A DNA stretch of 46,783 nt from an uncultured Dehalococcoidales bacterium (GTDB lineage: Bacteria; Chloroflexota; Dehalococcoidia; Dehalococcoidales; UBA2162). A program made the translations under genes and the position numbers. A model generated the notes under the pieces. That model saw nothing but the letters and a program-made list of their open reading frames with translations, was not told the DNA's origin and searched no databases. The stretch lies in NCBI GenBank assembly GCA_964463875.1, contig CAYXEG010000003.1, positions 1 to 46,783 on the forward strand. Direction: 5' to 3'. Shown one piece after another: positions 25,300 to 33,840 of the stretch. Numbering within the stretch: position 1 is the stretch's first letter; the number at the start of each line of letters is the position of its first letter.

Positions 25300-26445
25300 T
25301 CATTGAGTATAAAGATAAAAGTTTGTGTATTCAGTGTTAACGTAACAACGATATGGAGGATCGACATTGTCAATTACGTCAGTATCATAACTATCATCCC
25401 AATTATCCCATTGACTATCCACATTTAGCTTATTAACCGTTGTGTAACATGTTGGTAAATTGGGATGGCTGCCATTAGTGGTTACTATCTCACCAATGTT
25501 TTGAGCTCCTGTAGCAGTAGAAAAACCTATATCTTCTATGCCAACTCTTATCCAGGAACTGCCATTATACCATTCCGCTTCCCATGTAGTGCTTGAATAT
25601 TGATGGACTCTTACTTCAAGTGTTGATGTAGAGATATTAAAAATTATCCGATAGTCGCCGCTGGTACTATTGTATTCATATAAATACCGGTAATCAGATA
25701 ACTGTGAGTCTTCTATCCATCCTACTTCCATCCAATGGTTAGAGTTGTCATAAGCATAGACTCGATTACATACAAACTCATAACTGTATTCGAGATCGTG
25801 TTGGACACCGCAATTAACGACATCCATTTTACCCCAGACACCTTTATTGTCCTGGCAAGTTTGAACTCCCGTATAGTGATAGCCATCATTTTTAGATGAC
25901 GGATTTGACTTTGAGGGTAAAGAAAGTGCAATAAAGGATTCTATTTGAACAGGTGTTTCATCAAGCATTCGCTTGTATTCAGATGTATTTACAACCGCCG
26001 TAAGTTCTCTGTATGAAATAAATTCTCTTTTTTCAGTAGGAATTAATTCGAACATAATTGAACGGTTGTTTACGTTTACCATATTCCCTTTTTTCACTTT
26101 AAACAAGTAACCTTTGGGATCTCGGTAGTATTTGTCAGAAGTAGCAAGAACCAATTGATAGTTACCATCTTTAACTGAAAAGGAAAAATTGGTTATAATA
26201 GTGCTACCATTTCCAACGATAATCTTTTGTGCAATTACAGATTCATTTGATTCATCCATTTCTGGCGACAATAGAAGAGTAGCTATGTCTTGTTGCTCAA
26301 GACCATTGATCGTTACTGTAACGTTTATCTTTTGTTCCGATGTAATAAATGTCTTTAAACTCATCGCTGCTACCGGAGTAGTATTAATACCAAGCACTAA
26401 GGTCAGCATCAATAAAATAACAATAGTAAAAATCCGTTTCCTCAT
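25300..26445 (-). CDS. secreted hypothetical protein, 381 aa (N-terminal Ig-like/beta-sandwich region, Trp/Tyr-rich C-terminal domain)
   Basis: AAGGAG lies 7 nt upstream of the ATG at 26445, which I prefer over 26466. Signal peptide MRKRIFTIVILLMLTLVLGINTTPVAA. I did not recognise a family. Confidence 0.65.
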   Translation of the reverse strand: MRKRIFTIVILLMLTLVLGINTTPVAAMSLKTFITSEQKINVTVTINGLEQQDIATLLLSPEMDESNESVIAQKIIVGNGSTIITNFSFSVKDGNYQLVLATSDKYYRDPKGYLFKVKKGNMVNVNNRSIMFELIPTEKREFISYRELTAVVNTSEYKRMLDETPVQIESFIALSLPSKSNPSSKNDGYHYTGVQTCQDNKGVWGKMDVVNCGVQHDLEYSYEFVCNRVYAYDNSNHWMEVGWIEDSQLSDYRYLYEYNSTSGDYRIIFNISTSTLEVRVHQYSSTTWEAEWYNGSSWIRVGIEDIGFSTATGAQNIGEIVTTNGSHPNLPTCYTTVNKLNVDSQWDNWDDSYDTDVIDNVDPPYRCYVNTEYTNFYLYTQ

Positions 26446-27197
26446 TTTCAATCTCCTTAAGAACAATACTTCTATTCACTTGTGCTGTTCCATAGGCTTC
26501 TACCTCGCTTCGGTACCTTCTCAGGTCATATCGGTATCGAAATAGTAGCACAAATTCTCCGAAAAGAGTTGTAGATTTTCTTAAGTTTTTCATAGGATTT
26601 TCTAAAGACGGGATGTTTTTCTTGTACACTGATGATGCATGGCTATACCAACAGGCAGGTTTTTACTCCCGGAACCGGTACCCAGTCTTCGGCAGGGTTC
26701 TTAACAGGAAAACCGTCGGTACAATTACATATACGTACGTTACCATGATACATCACCGTTAGTCTTACATATACTTTTTTTTATTTTGATACGTATTTGT
26801 TATAGAGATCTGATTCCGTCACGCTTCGCCTTCTCCCGGGAATAGTATGCCTGGAAGCAATCAAAGAATACCCGCTCCACCAGGGAGGCTGATAAGAGAG
26901 AAAAACGGGTGCAGTATCAATAATTTATTATTTATATCACTCATTTTGTGTATGTCATACTTGTTTCATCATTTTTTCCTGCGTTCTACCGGTTAATACC
27001 TTGTTATTCCTTATATTTTTGTGCTTTTTCCTGGTATTTCAAAAGATACACCCTGATAATTTGTGCTTTTTTTTACAGTCGCATCTACGATTGTCCAGAA
27101 TAAACCACATAAACCAATATCAGTACTTTTCATTTTTCTGTGCTTTTTAACAAAGTCACTTTTCGCGGCTGATACTGCTGCTTTTTCGGGCAAAATA

Positions 27198-27224
27198 AAG
27201 GGAGATTTCCAAATAATCTCCCTT
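27198..27224 (-). terminator. rho-independent terminator of purO
   Basis: Stem AAGGGAGAT (27198-27206) / ATCTCCCTT (27216-27224). On the minus strand it is followed by TTATTTTG, 30 nt downstream of the purO stop. Confidence 0.6.
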
Positions 27225-27254
27225 TGATACCACTTGTTCCCTGACTAATCGTAA

Positions 27255-27977
27255 TTATTTGTGACGGTTAATCACCTTGACATCCCATGTCCTGTTATCG
27301 TCACCGAGGACGCCGCCGACGGCACAGACCCGGATATCGTCCCCCTGATTGGTAGCGGCGGACAGTTCGTAGAGGTAATCTGCTATCTCCCGGGCGGTCG
27401 TTCCCTTGTTTTCAATCACCGGCAGGGTTCCCATGACATCGAAAGCAGCCGGTTTCTCCATGTTGCCGGTGTAGGTCGAAACCCCAACCAGGGTGGCTTT
27501 TCGCGGTTCGATGACCCAGGTATTCGCCGGAGGAGCATCAGTTACGATACTCAGGATGAAGACCGGTTTACTCTCCCCGTTCCTGAAGGTGATGACGCCG
27601 GAGATTCTCGGGGTGTGGAGGCTGTCCGGTTCGTACCGGGCGCCGGTCATGAGGGCGGTCATCAAGCCGGGTTCCGGCTCTCCGAGGGTGTTGTAGAGCA
27701 GGCGGTACGCCTCGAAGATTGCCTCGGTCTGGATGCCGTTCGTCACCGCGGCGACGCCGTTCGTTTTATCCGTCTTCACCGCCGTGTAGTGCCGCAGCCA
27801 GTCGTACGGTTCGTTACCAATCGGCCCCATAATCAGGCCGTTCTCCGCAAAGGTGGCTTTTCTCTCGCGGCTGGCCGGGCTGCGCCCGGTCACCAGGTAG
27901 GCAAAACAGGGCCGTTCGTCAGCGGTCATTCCGAGAAAAATCTGTCGTCCGGGATAGGGACCATTGGGATTAGGCAT
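27255..27977 (-). CDS. purO: IMP cyclohydrolase, archaeal PurO type
   Basis: YPGRQIFLGMT..CFAYLVTGRSPASRER, VTNGIQTEAI and YEPDSLHTPRISGVI align with my recollection of PurO (Y-x-GR..FVAY-x-V-x-x-RS, SNG-x-HT, TPRI). Confidence 0.75.
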   Translation of the reverse strand: MPNPNGPYPGRQIFLGMTADERPCFAYLVTGRSPASRERKATFAENGLIMGPIGNEPYDWLRHYTAVKTDKTNGVAAVTNGIQTEAIFEAYRLLYNTLGEPEPGLMTALMTGARYEPDSLHTPRISGVITFRNGESKPVFILSIVTDAPPANTWVIEPRKATLVGVSTYTGNMEKPAAFDVMGTLPVIENKGTTAREIADYLYELSAATNQGDDIRVCAVGGVLGDDNRTWDVKVINRHK

Positions 27978-28019
27978 GGTTGTATTCCTCCTTATACCTC
28001 TTTTTTCAGGATAGATGGT

Positions 28020-29690
28020 TTATTCAAAATCGAGAATATTGAGCCTGAGCTTCGAGTTGCCGTTCCAGGTGTCCAGCTCGAGGTTGTAGACAATATCGAT
28101 TGAGGAACCGATTTCCCCGGCATAGCCGCCGAGGCCGAAGCCGACAGCGTCGAAACTCATGTTCCCCTGCTTCACTTTCATCCGCAGGTGGGCACCTTCG
28201 CTGCCCATGGTAGAGAACGAGACCACGCCGACGCTCCGGCTGAGAAACACCGGCACCGGGTTCCCCTGCCCGAAGGGCGCCATGAGCTGAATCATCGGCC
28301 AGGTATCTCCCCCTAAATCGCCGAGAACGACCTCGGTATCGATATCTATCCGGGGGCGGAGGTCGACATCCTTCAATTCTTCGGCGGCGATTTCCAGCAG
28401 CTCGTTACGGAGGCGCGGCAGGTTTTCGGTTTTCAGGCTCAAACCGGCTGCCCGGGAGTGCCCGCCGTAATGCGTCAGCAGGTGGCCGCAGCGGGTGAGA
28501 GCGTCGATGATATTGAATTCGGGAATGCTCCGGCAGCTTCCGCCGCAGTAGCGGTCGCCGGAACGGATAACGATTGCCGGGCGGTAAAACTCCTCCATCA
28601 GCCGGCCCGCTACCAGGCCGACGATGCCCGCCGGAAAACTTTCGTCACCGGCTATCAACAGCGGCTCATCGAGCTGGGAAAGCACCTGCTGCCGGGCCTT
28701 TTCAAGCGTCGATGCGGTCAGTTTCTGCCGTTCGGCGTTTTTCTCCTCCAGCCAGGCTGCCAGCTCGCGGGCTTCGTCCGGAGAAGCGGTCGTGAGCAGC
28801 CGGTAGCTGCTCATGGCATCTTCCAAACGTCCGGCGGCGTTCAGCCGGGGGGCGATAGTCCAGGATATGCTGGTGCTGCTGAGGCAGGCCGCCTGGAGTG
28901 ACGTCAGGTTGATAATTTCACGGATACCGAGCCTCGGGCTGGTATTCAAAAACTCGAGGCCTTTCTTCACCAGGTACCGGTTCTCTCCCAGCAGGGGCAC
29001 CATATCGGCAACGGTTCCCAGGGCGACGAGGTCGACCAGCCCATCGAGCCGGTCTTCTTTTCCCAGCCCCCGGAACAATGCCTGGAGCAGTTTATAGGCG
29101 ACGCCGACGCCGGCCAGTTCCCGCGTAGGATAGCGAGAGCCGCCCAGCTTGGGATTGATAATAGCGTTCGCCGCCGGAATCTCTTCGGGCGGTTCGTGAT
29201 GGTCGGTGATGATGACGTCCATGCCGATTTTCCGGGCGGCTTTCACCTCGGCGAGGGCGGTGATGCCGCAATCGACTGTCACCACCAGGCTGACGCCCTG
29301 GCTTTTCAGGGTTTCGAGGGCTGAGGTTTTCAGCCCGTAGCCTTCGGTCAGCCGGTTCGGGATATAGGGCACCGCTTCGAATTCGAGAAGGGATAACCCC
29401 TGGACGAGGAGAGCCGTAGCAGTGATGCCGTCGGCATCGAAATCGCCGTAAACGGCGATTTTTTCCCGGCTGAGCAGCGCCCGGTAGAGGCGGGCGACCG
29501 CTTCCGGTATACCCGGCAGCAAATCCGGGTCGGCTGCCAGGCTTTCATCGGCGGCCAGGAATGACTCGATGTCCTGAGGCTGCGATACCCCCCGGTTATA
29601 GAGAAGCCGGGCAACCAGCCGGGACAAGCCGGAGTTGCCCGAATATGCTTCAGGAGGTGATGGAAGGAGATTCCACCGGCTGTGACTCAA
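28020..29690 (-). CDS. recJ: single-stranded-DNA-specific exonuclease RecJ
   Basis: DHH-family motifs VYGDFDADGITATA, VVTVDCGI and VIITDHHEP. 556 aa with the typical RecJ N-terminus (WNLLP..). Confidence 0.9.
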   Translation of the reverse strand: MSHSRWNLLPSPPEAYSGNSGLSRLVARLLYNRGVSQPQDIESFLAADESLAADPDLLPGIPEAVARLYRALLSREKIAVYGDFDADGITATALLVQGLSLLEFEAVPYIPNRLTEGYGLKTSALETLKSQGVSLVVTVDCGITALAEVKAARKIGMDVIITDHHEPPEEIPAANAIINPKLGGSRYPTRELAGVGVAYKLLQALFRGLGKEDRLDGLVDLVALGTVADMVPLLGENRYLVKKGLEFLNTSPRLGIREIINLTSLQAACLSSTSISWTIAPRLNAAGRLEDAMSSYRLLTTASPDEARELAAWLEEKNAERQKLTASTLEKARQQVLSQLDEPLLIAGDESFPAGIVGLVAGRLMEEFYRPAIVIRSGDRYCGGSCRSIPEFNIIDALTRCGHLLTHYGGHSRAAGLSLKTENLPRLRNELLEIAAEELKDVDLRPRIDIDTEVVLGDLGGDTWPMIQLMAPFGQGNPVPVFLSRSVGVVSFSTMGSEGAHLRMKVKQGNMSFDAVGFGLGGYAGEIGSSIDIVYNLELDTWNGNSKLRLNILDFE

Positions 29691-29692
29691 GC

Positions 29693-30949
29693 CTACTCCC
29701 CTCTGTATTTCTGCAATATCAGCACCGAATTATGGCCGCCGAAGCCGAACGAGTTCGACAGGGTGGTCGTGACCTCTTTCTTTCGCGCTTCGTTGGGAAC
29801 ATAATCGAGGTCGCATTCGGGGTCTTTGTGTTCCTGGTTGATAGTCGGAGGGATGATGCCGTTGCGGATGACCATGGCGCAAATCGAAGCTTCGATGGCG
29901 CCCGAAGCGCCGATGAGGTGGCCGGTCATCGATTTCGTCGAGCTGATTGGCGTCTGGTACGCCCGGTCGCCGAAAACCGCCTTGATGGCCATCGTTTCCA
30001 CCCGGTCGTTGGCATGGGTGGAGGTGCCGTGGGCGTTGATGTAATCGATATCTTTCGGTTCGAGGCCGGCCTTGGTTAATGCCTGTTTCATGGCCCGTAT
30101 CGCGCCATCCCCGTTTTCCGCCGGAGCGGTAATGTGGAAAGCATCGCCGCTGGCGCCGTAGGCAACGATTTCAGCCAGGATATCGGCCTTACGGTTCAGG
30201 GCATGCTCGAGCGTTTCAAGGATAAGGGCGCAAGCGCCCTCGCCGATGATGAAACCGTCCCGGTCGTTATCGAACGGACGCGAAGCTTTTTCCGGAGCGT
30301 CGTTCCGGGTGGAGAGGGCTTTCAGGGCGCTGAACGAAGAAATACCGATTGGGTTGATGATTGCCTCGCTGCCGCCGGCGATAGCCGCCTGGGCATCTCC
30401 CCGCCGGATTAACTCATAGGCAACACCGATAGCATCGGAACTGCTCGAACAGGCGGAGGTGGTGCAGAGGTTAACACCCTTGATGCCGAGGGTTATCGAG
30501 ACCTGGGCGGCGGCCATATCCGAAATCATCATCGGGACAAGGAACGGGCTGACCCGGCTCGGGCCCTGCTCGACCAGCACCTTGGTCTGCTCGTAGAGGG
30601 TGGTCAGGCCGCCGATACCGCTGCCCATGATGATGCCAATCTGGTCTTCGTTTTCGGCATTGATTTTTATACCGGACCGTTCGACCGCCTGCATGCTGGC
30701 GGCGACGGACATCTGGGAAAAACGGTCCATGCGCCGGGCGGCCTTGCGGTCAATGTGGTCGTTGGGGTTGAAGCCTTTAACTTCAGCGGCGATTCTGGTT
30801 TCGTAAACGGAGGCATCAAAGAGGGTGATTTCCCCGATGCCGGATTTTCCTGCGATAAGATTGTTCCAGGTCGTATCGATATCATTTCCCAGCGGTGAAA
30901 AACAGCCGATGCCGGTTATGACAACTCTTTTGAAGTGGTTATTTTCCAA
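29693..30949 (-). CDS. fabF: beta-ketoacyl-ACP synthase II
   Basis: KRVVITGIGCFSPLGN, active-site Cys region TTSACSSS, NAHGTSTHANDRVE and SFGFGGHNSVLIL. Confidence 0.9.
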   Translation of the reverse strand: MENNHFKRVVITGIGCFSPLGNDIDTTWNNLIAGKSGIGEITLFDASVYETRIAAEVKGFNPNDHIDRKAARRMDRFSQMSVAASMQAVERSGIKINAENEDQIGIIMGSGIGGLTTLYEQTKVLVEQGPSRVSPFLVPMMISDMAAAQVSITLGIKGVNLCTTSACSSSSDAIGVAYELIRRGDAQAAIAGGSEAIINPIGISSFSALKALSTRNDAPEKASRPFDNDRDGFIIGEGACALILETLEHALNRKADILAEIVAYGASGDAFHITAPAENGDGAIRAMKQALTKAGLEPKDIDYINAHGTSTHANDRVETMAIKAVFGDRAYQTPISSTKSMTGHLIGASGAIEASICAMVIRNGIIPPTINQEHKDPECDLDYVPNEARKKEVTTTLSNSFGFGGHNSVLILQKYRGE

Positions 30950-31071
30950 ACGTTTTATCCTCCTGATTTGCGGGGGGTATTTCTGGCTTAGTATAATTGA
31001 TTTTGTGGAATACAGTCAATCAGACGGGTAATCATCCGGTTCAGGCATGAATATCATACAGGACAATAATC

Positions 31072-32316
31072 GTGAAAATTACTCTTGATTTCCTGGGATG
31101 TAAATTGAATCAGGCAGAGATTGAGTTCCTGGCGGGGCAGTTCGCTGCCGCCGGGCATGAAATCGTGGAAAACCCGGAAGAGGCGGAACTCTATATCCTC
31201 AATACCTGCACGGTCACAAAAACGGCCGACGCCAAGTCCCGCCACCTTCTCCGGCAGGTTCACCGGGCGAATCCGGGAGCCGTACTCGTTGCCACCGGTT
31301 GCTATGCCGAGCGGGCGCCGGACGACCTTCGCGGTATCGACGGGGTCAGGGTTGTCGCCGGCAACAGGAACAAGCTGATTCTCCCCGGTTACCTCGCCGT
31401 CACAGGCGTCATGGAAAAAGGCGGCCATGATGGCAATCCGAATTACCTTTCCCGGACACGGTCGTTTGTCCGGATTCAGGACGGCTGCAGCCGGTTCTGC
31501 ACGTTCTGCATCGTCCCGTTTGTCAGGCCGTTCGAGACGAGCGTTCCGGCGCCGCAGGTTATAGATTATGTCAATCAGAAAGCGGCAGCCGGGGTGAAGG
31601 AAATCGTCCTCACCGGCACCGAGCCGGGTTCGTATCGGGACGGAGCAACCGGTATCACCGCCCTGCTGGCAAGGCTGCTCCGGGAAACAGCGATAGAAAG
31701 GCTGAGGGTCTCGTCGCTCCAGCCCCATGAAATCACTCCGGAGCTGGTAAGTATCTGGAGCAACCGCCGGATGTGCCCGCATTTCCACCTTTCGCTCCAG
31801 AGCGGCAGCGACGCGGTTCTGAAAAAGATGAACCGCCGGTACACAACAGACGATTTCCTGAAAGCCGTTTCCCTCATCCGCTCGGCCGTACCGGATGTCG
31901 CCGTCACCACCGATATCATCGCCGGCTTTCCGGGTGAGACCGATGAGGATTTCCGGAAGAGCCTGGAATTATGCAGGAATATCGGGTTTGCCCGGGTACA
32001 TGTCTTCCCCTACTCGAAACGCCCCGGCACCGCCGCGGCGGCGATATCCGGCCAGGTCGAAGACAGTATCAGGACGCAGCGTAGTCAAAATCTGGGGCTG
32101 GCGGCCGCCGAATGTGCCGAAACCTTCAGGAACAAGCTGAAAGGCCGTATCACGGACGTTCTGTGGGAGCAAAAGTCCGGCAGCCTGTGGTCCGGCTACA
32201 CCGGCAACTACGTTCGTGTTTATGTTAAGTCGAATACCGACCTTGCCAACCGTATCACTCCGGTGAAACTGGGCACTCTTTTCAGAGACGGACTGAAAGG
32301 CGAATTATTCCCTTAA
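31072..32316 (+). CDS. mtaB: radical-SAM methylthiotransferase, MtaB-like (tRNA t6A37 methylthiolation)
   Basis: N-terminal UPF0004 domain LGCKLNQAEIE..YILNTCTVT, radical-SAM CxxxCxxC (GCSRFCTFCIVP), and a C-terminal TRAM-like segment. Confidence 0.75.
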   Translation: MKITLDFLGCKLNQAEIEFLAGQFAAAGHEIVENPEEAELYILNTCTVTKTADAKSRHLLRQVHRANPGAVLVATGCYAERAPDDLRGIDGVRVVAGNRNKLILPGYLAVTGVMEKGGHDGNPNYLSRTRSFVRIQDGCSRFCTFCIVPFVRPFETSVPAPQVIDYVNQKAAAGVKEIVLTGTEPGSYRDGATGITALLARLLRETAIERLRVSSLQPHEITPELVSIWSNRRMCPHFHLSLQSGSDAVLKKMNRRYTTDDFLKAVSLIRSAVPDVAVTTDIIAGFPGETDEDFRKSLELCRNIGFARVHVFPYSKRPGTAAAAISGQVEDSIRTQRSQNLGLAAAECAETFRNKLKGRITDVLWEQKSGSLWSGYTGNYVRVYVKSNTDLANRITPVKLGTLFRDGLKGELFP

Positions 32317-32338
32317 AACAGATATCACTCTCAGCGCC

Positions 32339-33241
32339 CTACGCTCCCCTGCTTCTCAGAATCCTGCCGGGAACGCCTTTCTCACAGGGCACTCCCGTCT
32401 GGCACAGTCCGCATCCGGCAACGCTCGTTTCGAGGTCGTACTCGCCGCTCCGGGTAACGGCAGCATAACCGATTTCCCCGAGGTATTTTCCGCATTTTAC
32501 CTTATCGTGCCCCTTTTCGGATATGGCGCCGGCCGGGCAACGCCCGATACATTTACCGCAACTGCCATCGAAATAGAAGAGGCAGTTGGCATACGGCGAA
32601 GTCAGCGTTCTCTCCGTTACCGGCAGGGGCATATCGGTAACGACGCTTCCGCACCGGTGGGCGATTCCCTTTTCGGTAATAAATCCGTCGGACAAACTGA
32701 AAGACCCCTGCCCGGCGGCAAAGGCGATGTGCCTCTCCGACCAGTTGGAGAACGGCCCTTTTTCGTTACTCTCCATCTTCAGAAACGGCGGGATTGCCGG
32801 AGCCACGGCCAGATAGCCCCGTTCGTTCAGAATGTCGACCACATACCGCCGGAATGCGTCATTCAGTTTCTCCCCGAACCAGCGGGTATGCGACCACAAC
32901 CGGCTGGGCAGTTCGGATTCCTTGCGGTTCGATTTCCGGGTAGCTTGATGTACCGGAAGCACCCAGCTTATGACCGATATCTTTTCCCCGAGATCTTCAG
33001 GCGATTTGCCGGTGGCGAGAGCCAGAACCTCTCTCGGCGTCATGTGGGTCGGGGCGATAATCGTTTTATACTCGGTAAACAGAGAATCGTCCCCGTCAGC
33101 GAACTTAACCAGCGGCCGGTAAAAGATTGGCATCCCATCCTCGCCAGGCATGAGGTTGAGCGGGCTGGTGAGAACGAACTCTTTCATCTCATCGGTAAGG
33201 GCTTTCGCCGATTCTTTTCGTACCTGTTTTTCTTCCGTCAT
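32339..33241 (-). CDS. 4Fe-4S protein of the epoxyqueuosine reductase (QueG)/reductive dehalogenase superfamily
   Basis: AAGQGSFSLSDGFITEKGIAHRCGSVVTDMPLPV resembles the QueG/RdhA core. Two Cys clusters are present (CGKCIGRCPAGAI and CGLCQTGVPCE). No Tat or signal peptide. Confidence 0.5.
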   Translation of the reverse strand: MTEEKQVRKESAKALTDEMKEFVLTSPLNLMPGEDGMPIFYRPLVKFADGDDSLFTEYKTIIAPTHMTPREVLALATGKSPEDLGEKISVISWVLPVHQATRKSNRKESELPSRLWSHTRWFGEKLNDAFRRYVVDILNERGYLAVAPAIPPFLKMESNEKGPFSNWSERHIAFAAGQGSFSLSDGFITEKGIAHRCGSVVTDMPLPVTERTLTSPYANCLFYFDGSCGKCIGRCPAGAISEKGHDKVKCGKYLGEIGYAAVTRSGEYDLETSVAGCGLCQTGVPCEKGVPGRILRSRGA

Positions 33242-33726
33242 TTACCTCTCTCCATATCCAGGGATAATACCACCGAGGTTTCAACCTGTCGGTCCGGGAT
33301 ATCCCAGTATCGCTTCAATAACATATTCTTGTCGTCCCGAAGCACGAATCCGTGTTTCCTGTAGAAATCAATCGCCCAGTATGAGTCCGCCCAGGTACCG
33401 ACCAGCAGTTCCGGCGTTTTCACCGTTTCGATGAGGTGTTTGAGCAGCTTGCCGCCGATGCCTTTTCCCTGGTAGTCCGGCAGTACGTAGGCGTGGCGGA
33501 TGAGGGTTGTATCCTTTACCGGTTCCAGCCCCATGACGCCGACCAGCCCGTCGTTTTCTTCCCAGCCGGCGAACGTCATTCTCTGCATTTCAGCCAGCAG
33601 TTCTTCGAGCGGCATATAGGGCGCATGGTAGCGGTCTGCGGGAATAACCCCGTCGTATTTTTTAGCAGATTCATTAATGATGGTATACATACTCCCGGTA
33701 TCGGCACTTGTACATCGGCGAATCAT
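33238..33726 (-). CDS. GNAT family N-acetyltransferase
   Basis: Acetyl-CoA binding motif VLPDYQGKGIGGKLLKHL. 162 aa. 4-nt overlap with the downstream gene. Confidence 0.8.
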   Translation of the reverse strand: MIRRCTSADTGSMYTIINESAKKYDGVIPADRYHAPYMPLEELLAEMQRMTFAGWEENDGLVGVMGLEPVKDTTLIRHAYVLPDYQGKGIGGKLLKHLIETVKTPELLVGTWADSYWAIDFYRKHGFVLRDDKNMLLKRYWDIPDRQVETSVVLSLDMERGK

Positions 33727-33840
33727 TTGTATCTCCCTGCATGACTATTCTTACAATCTGATTATAACCGTTTCAGCGAAAAATGGTATACTGTAAAGGT
33801 AATATTACGCCGCCAGGCCGTATGTTGAAGGGGGACGGAC

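Larger units (their letters stand above)
23223..27195. other. low-GC genomic islet (about 4 kb) encoding only membrane, lipo- and secreted proteins
   Basis: Hand counts of 60-nt lines give 37-40% G+C here (lines 24001, 25321, 26101), against 55-65% in flanking genes (lines 22501, 14101). I saw no integrase or transposase. Confidence 0.6.

Noticed and set aside
26384-26629. 81-aa minus-strand ORF upstream of the 381-aa secreted protein gene
   Set aside because: It overlaps the better-supported start (AAGGAG + ATG 26445) of the downstream gene, has no RBS and matches no family I recognise. I treated it as part of the decayed non-coding tail.
27011-27193. 60-aa minus-strand ORF in the islet tail
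   Set aside because: Its lysine-rich sequence is the complement of the repeated GCTTTTT motifs. It has no RBS and abuts the purO terminator.
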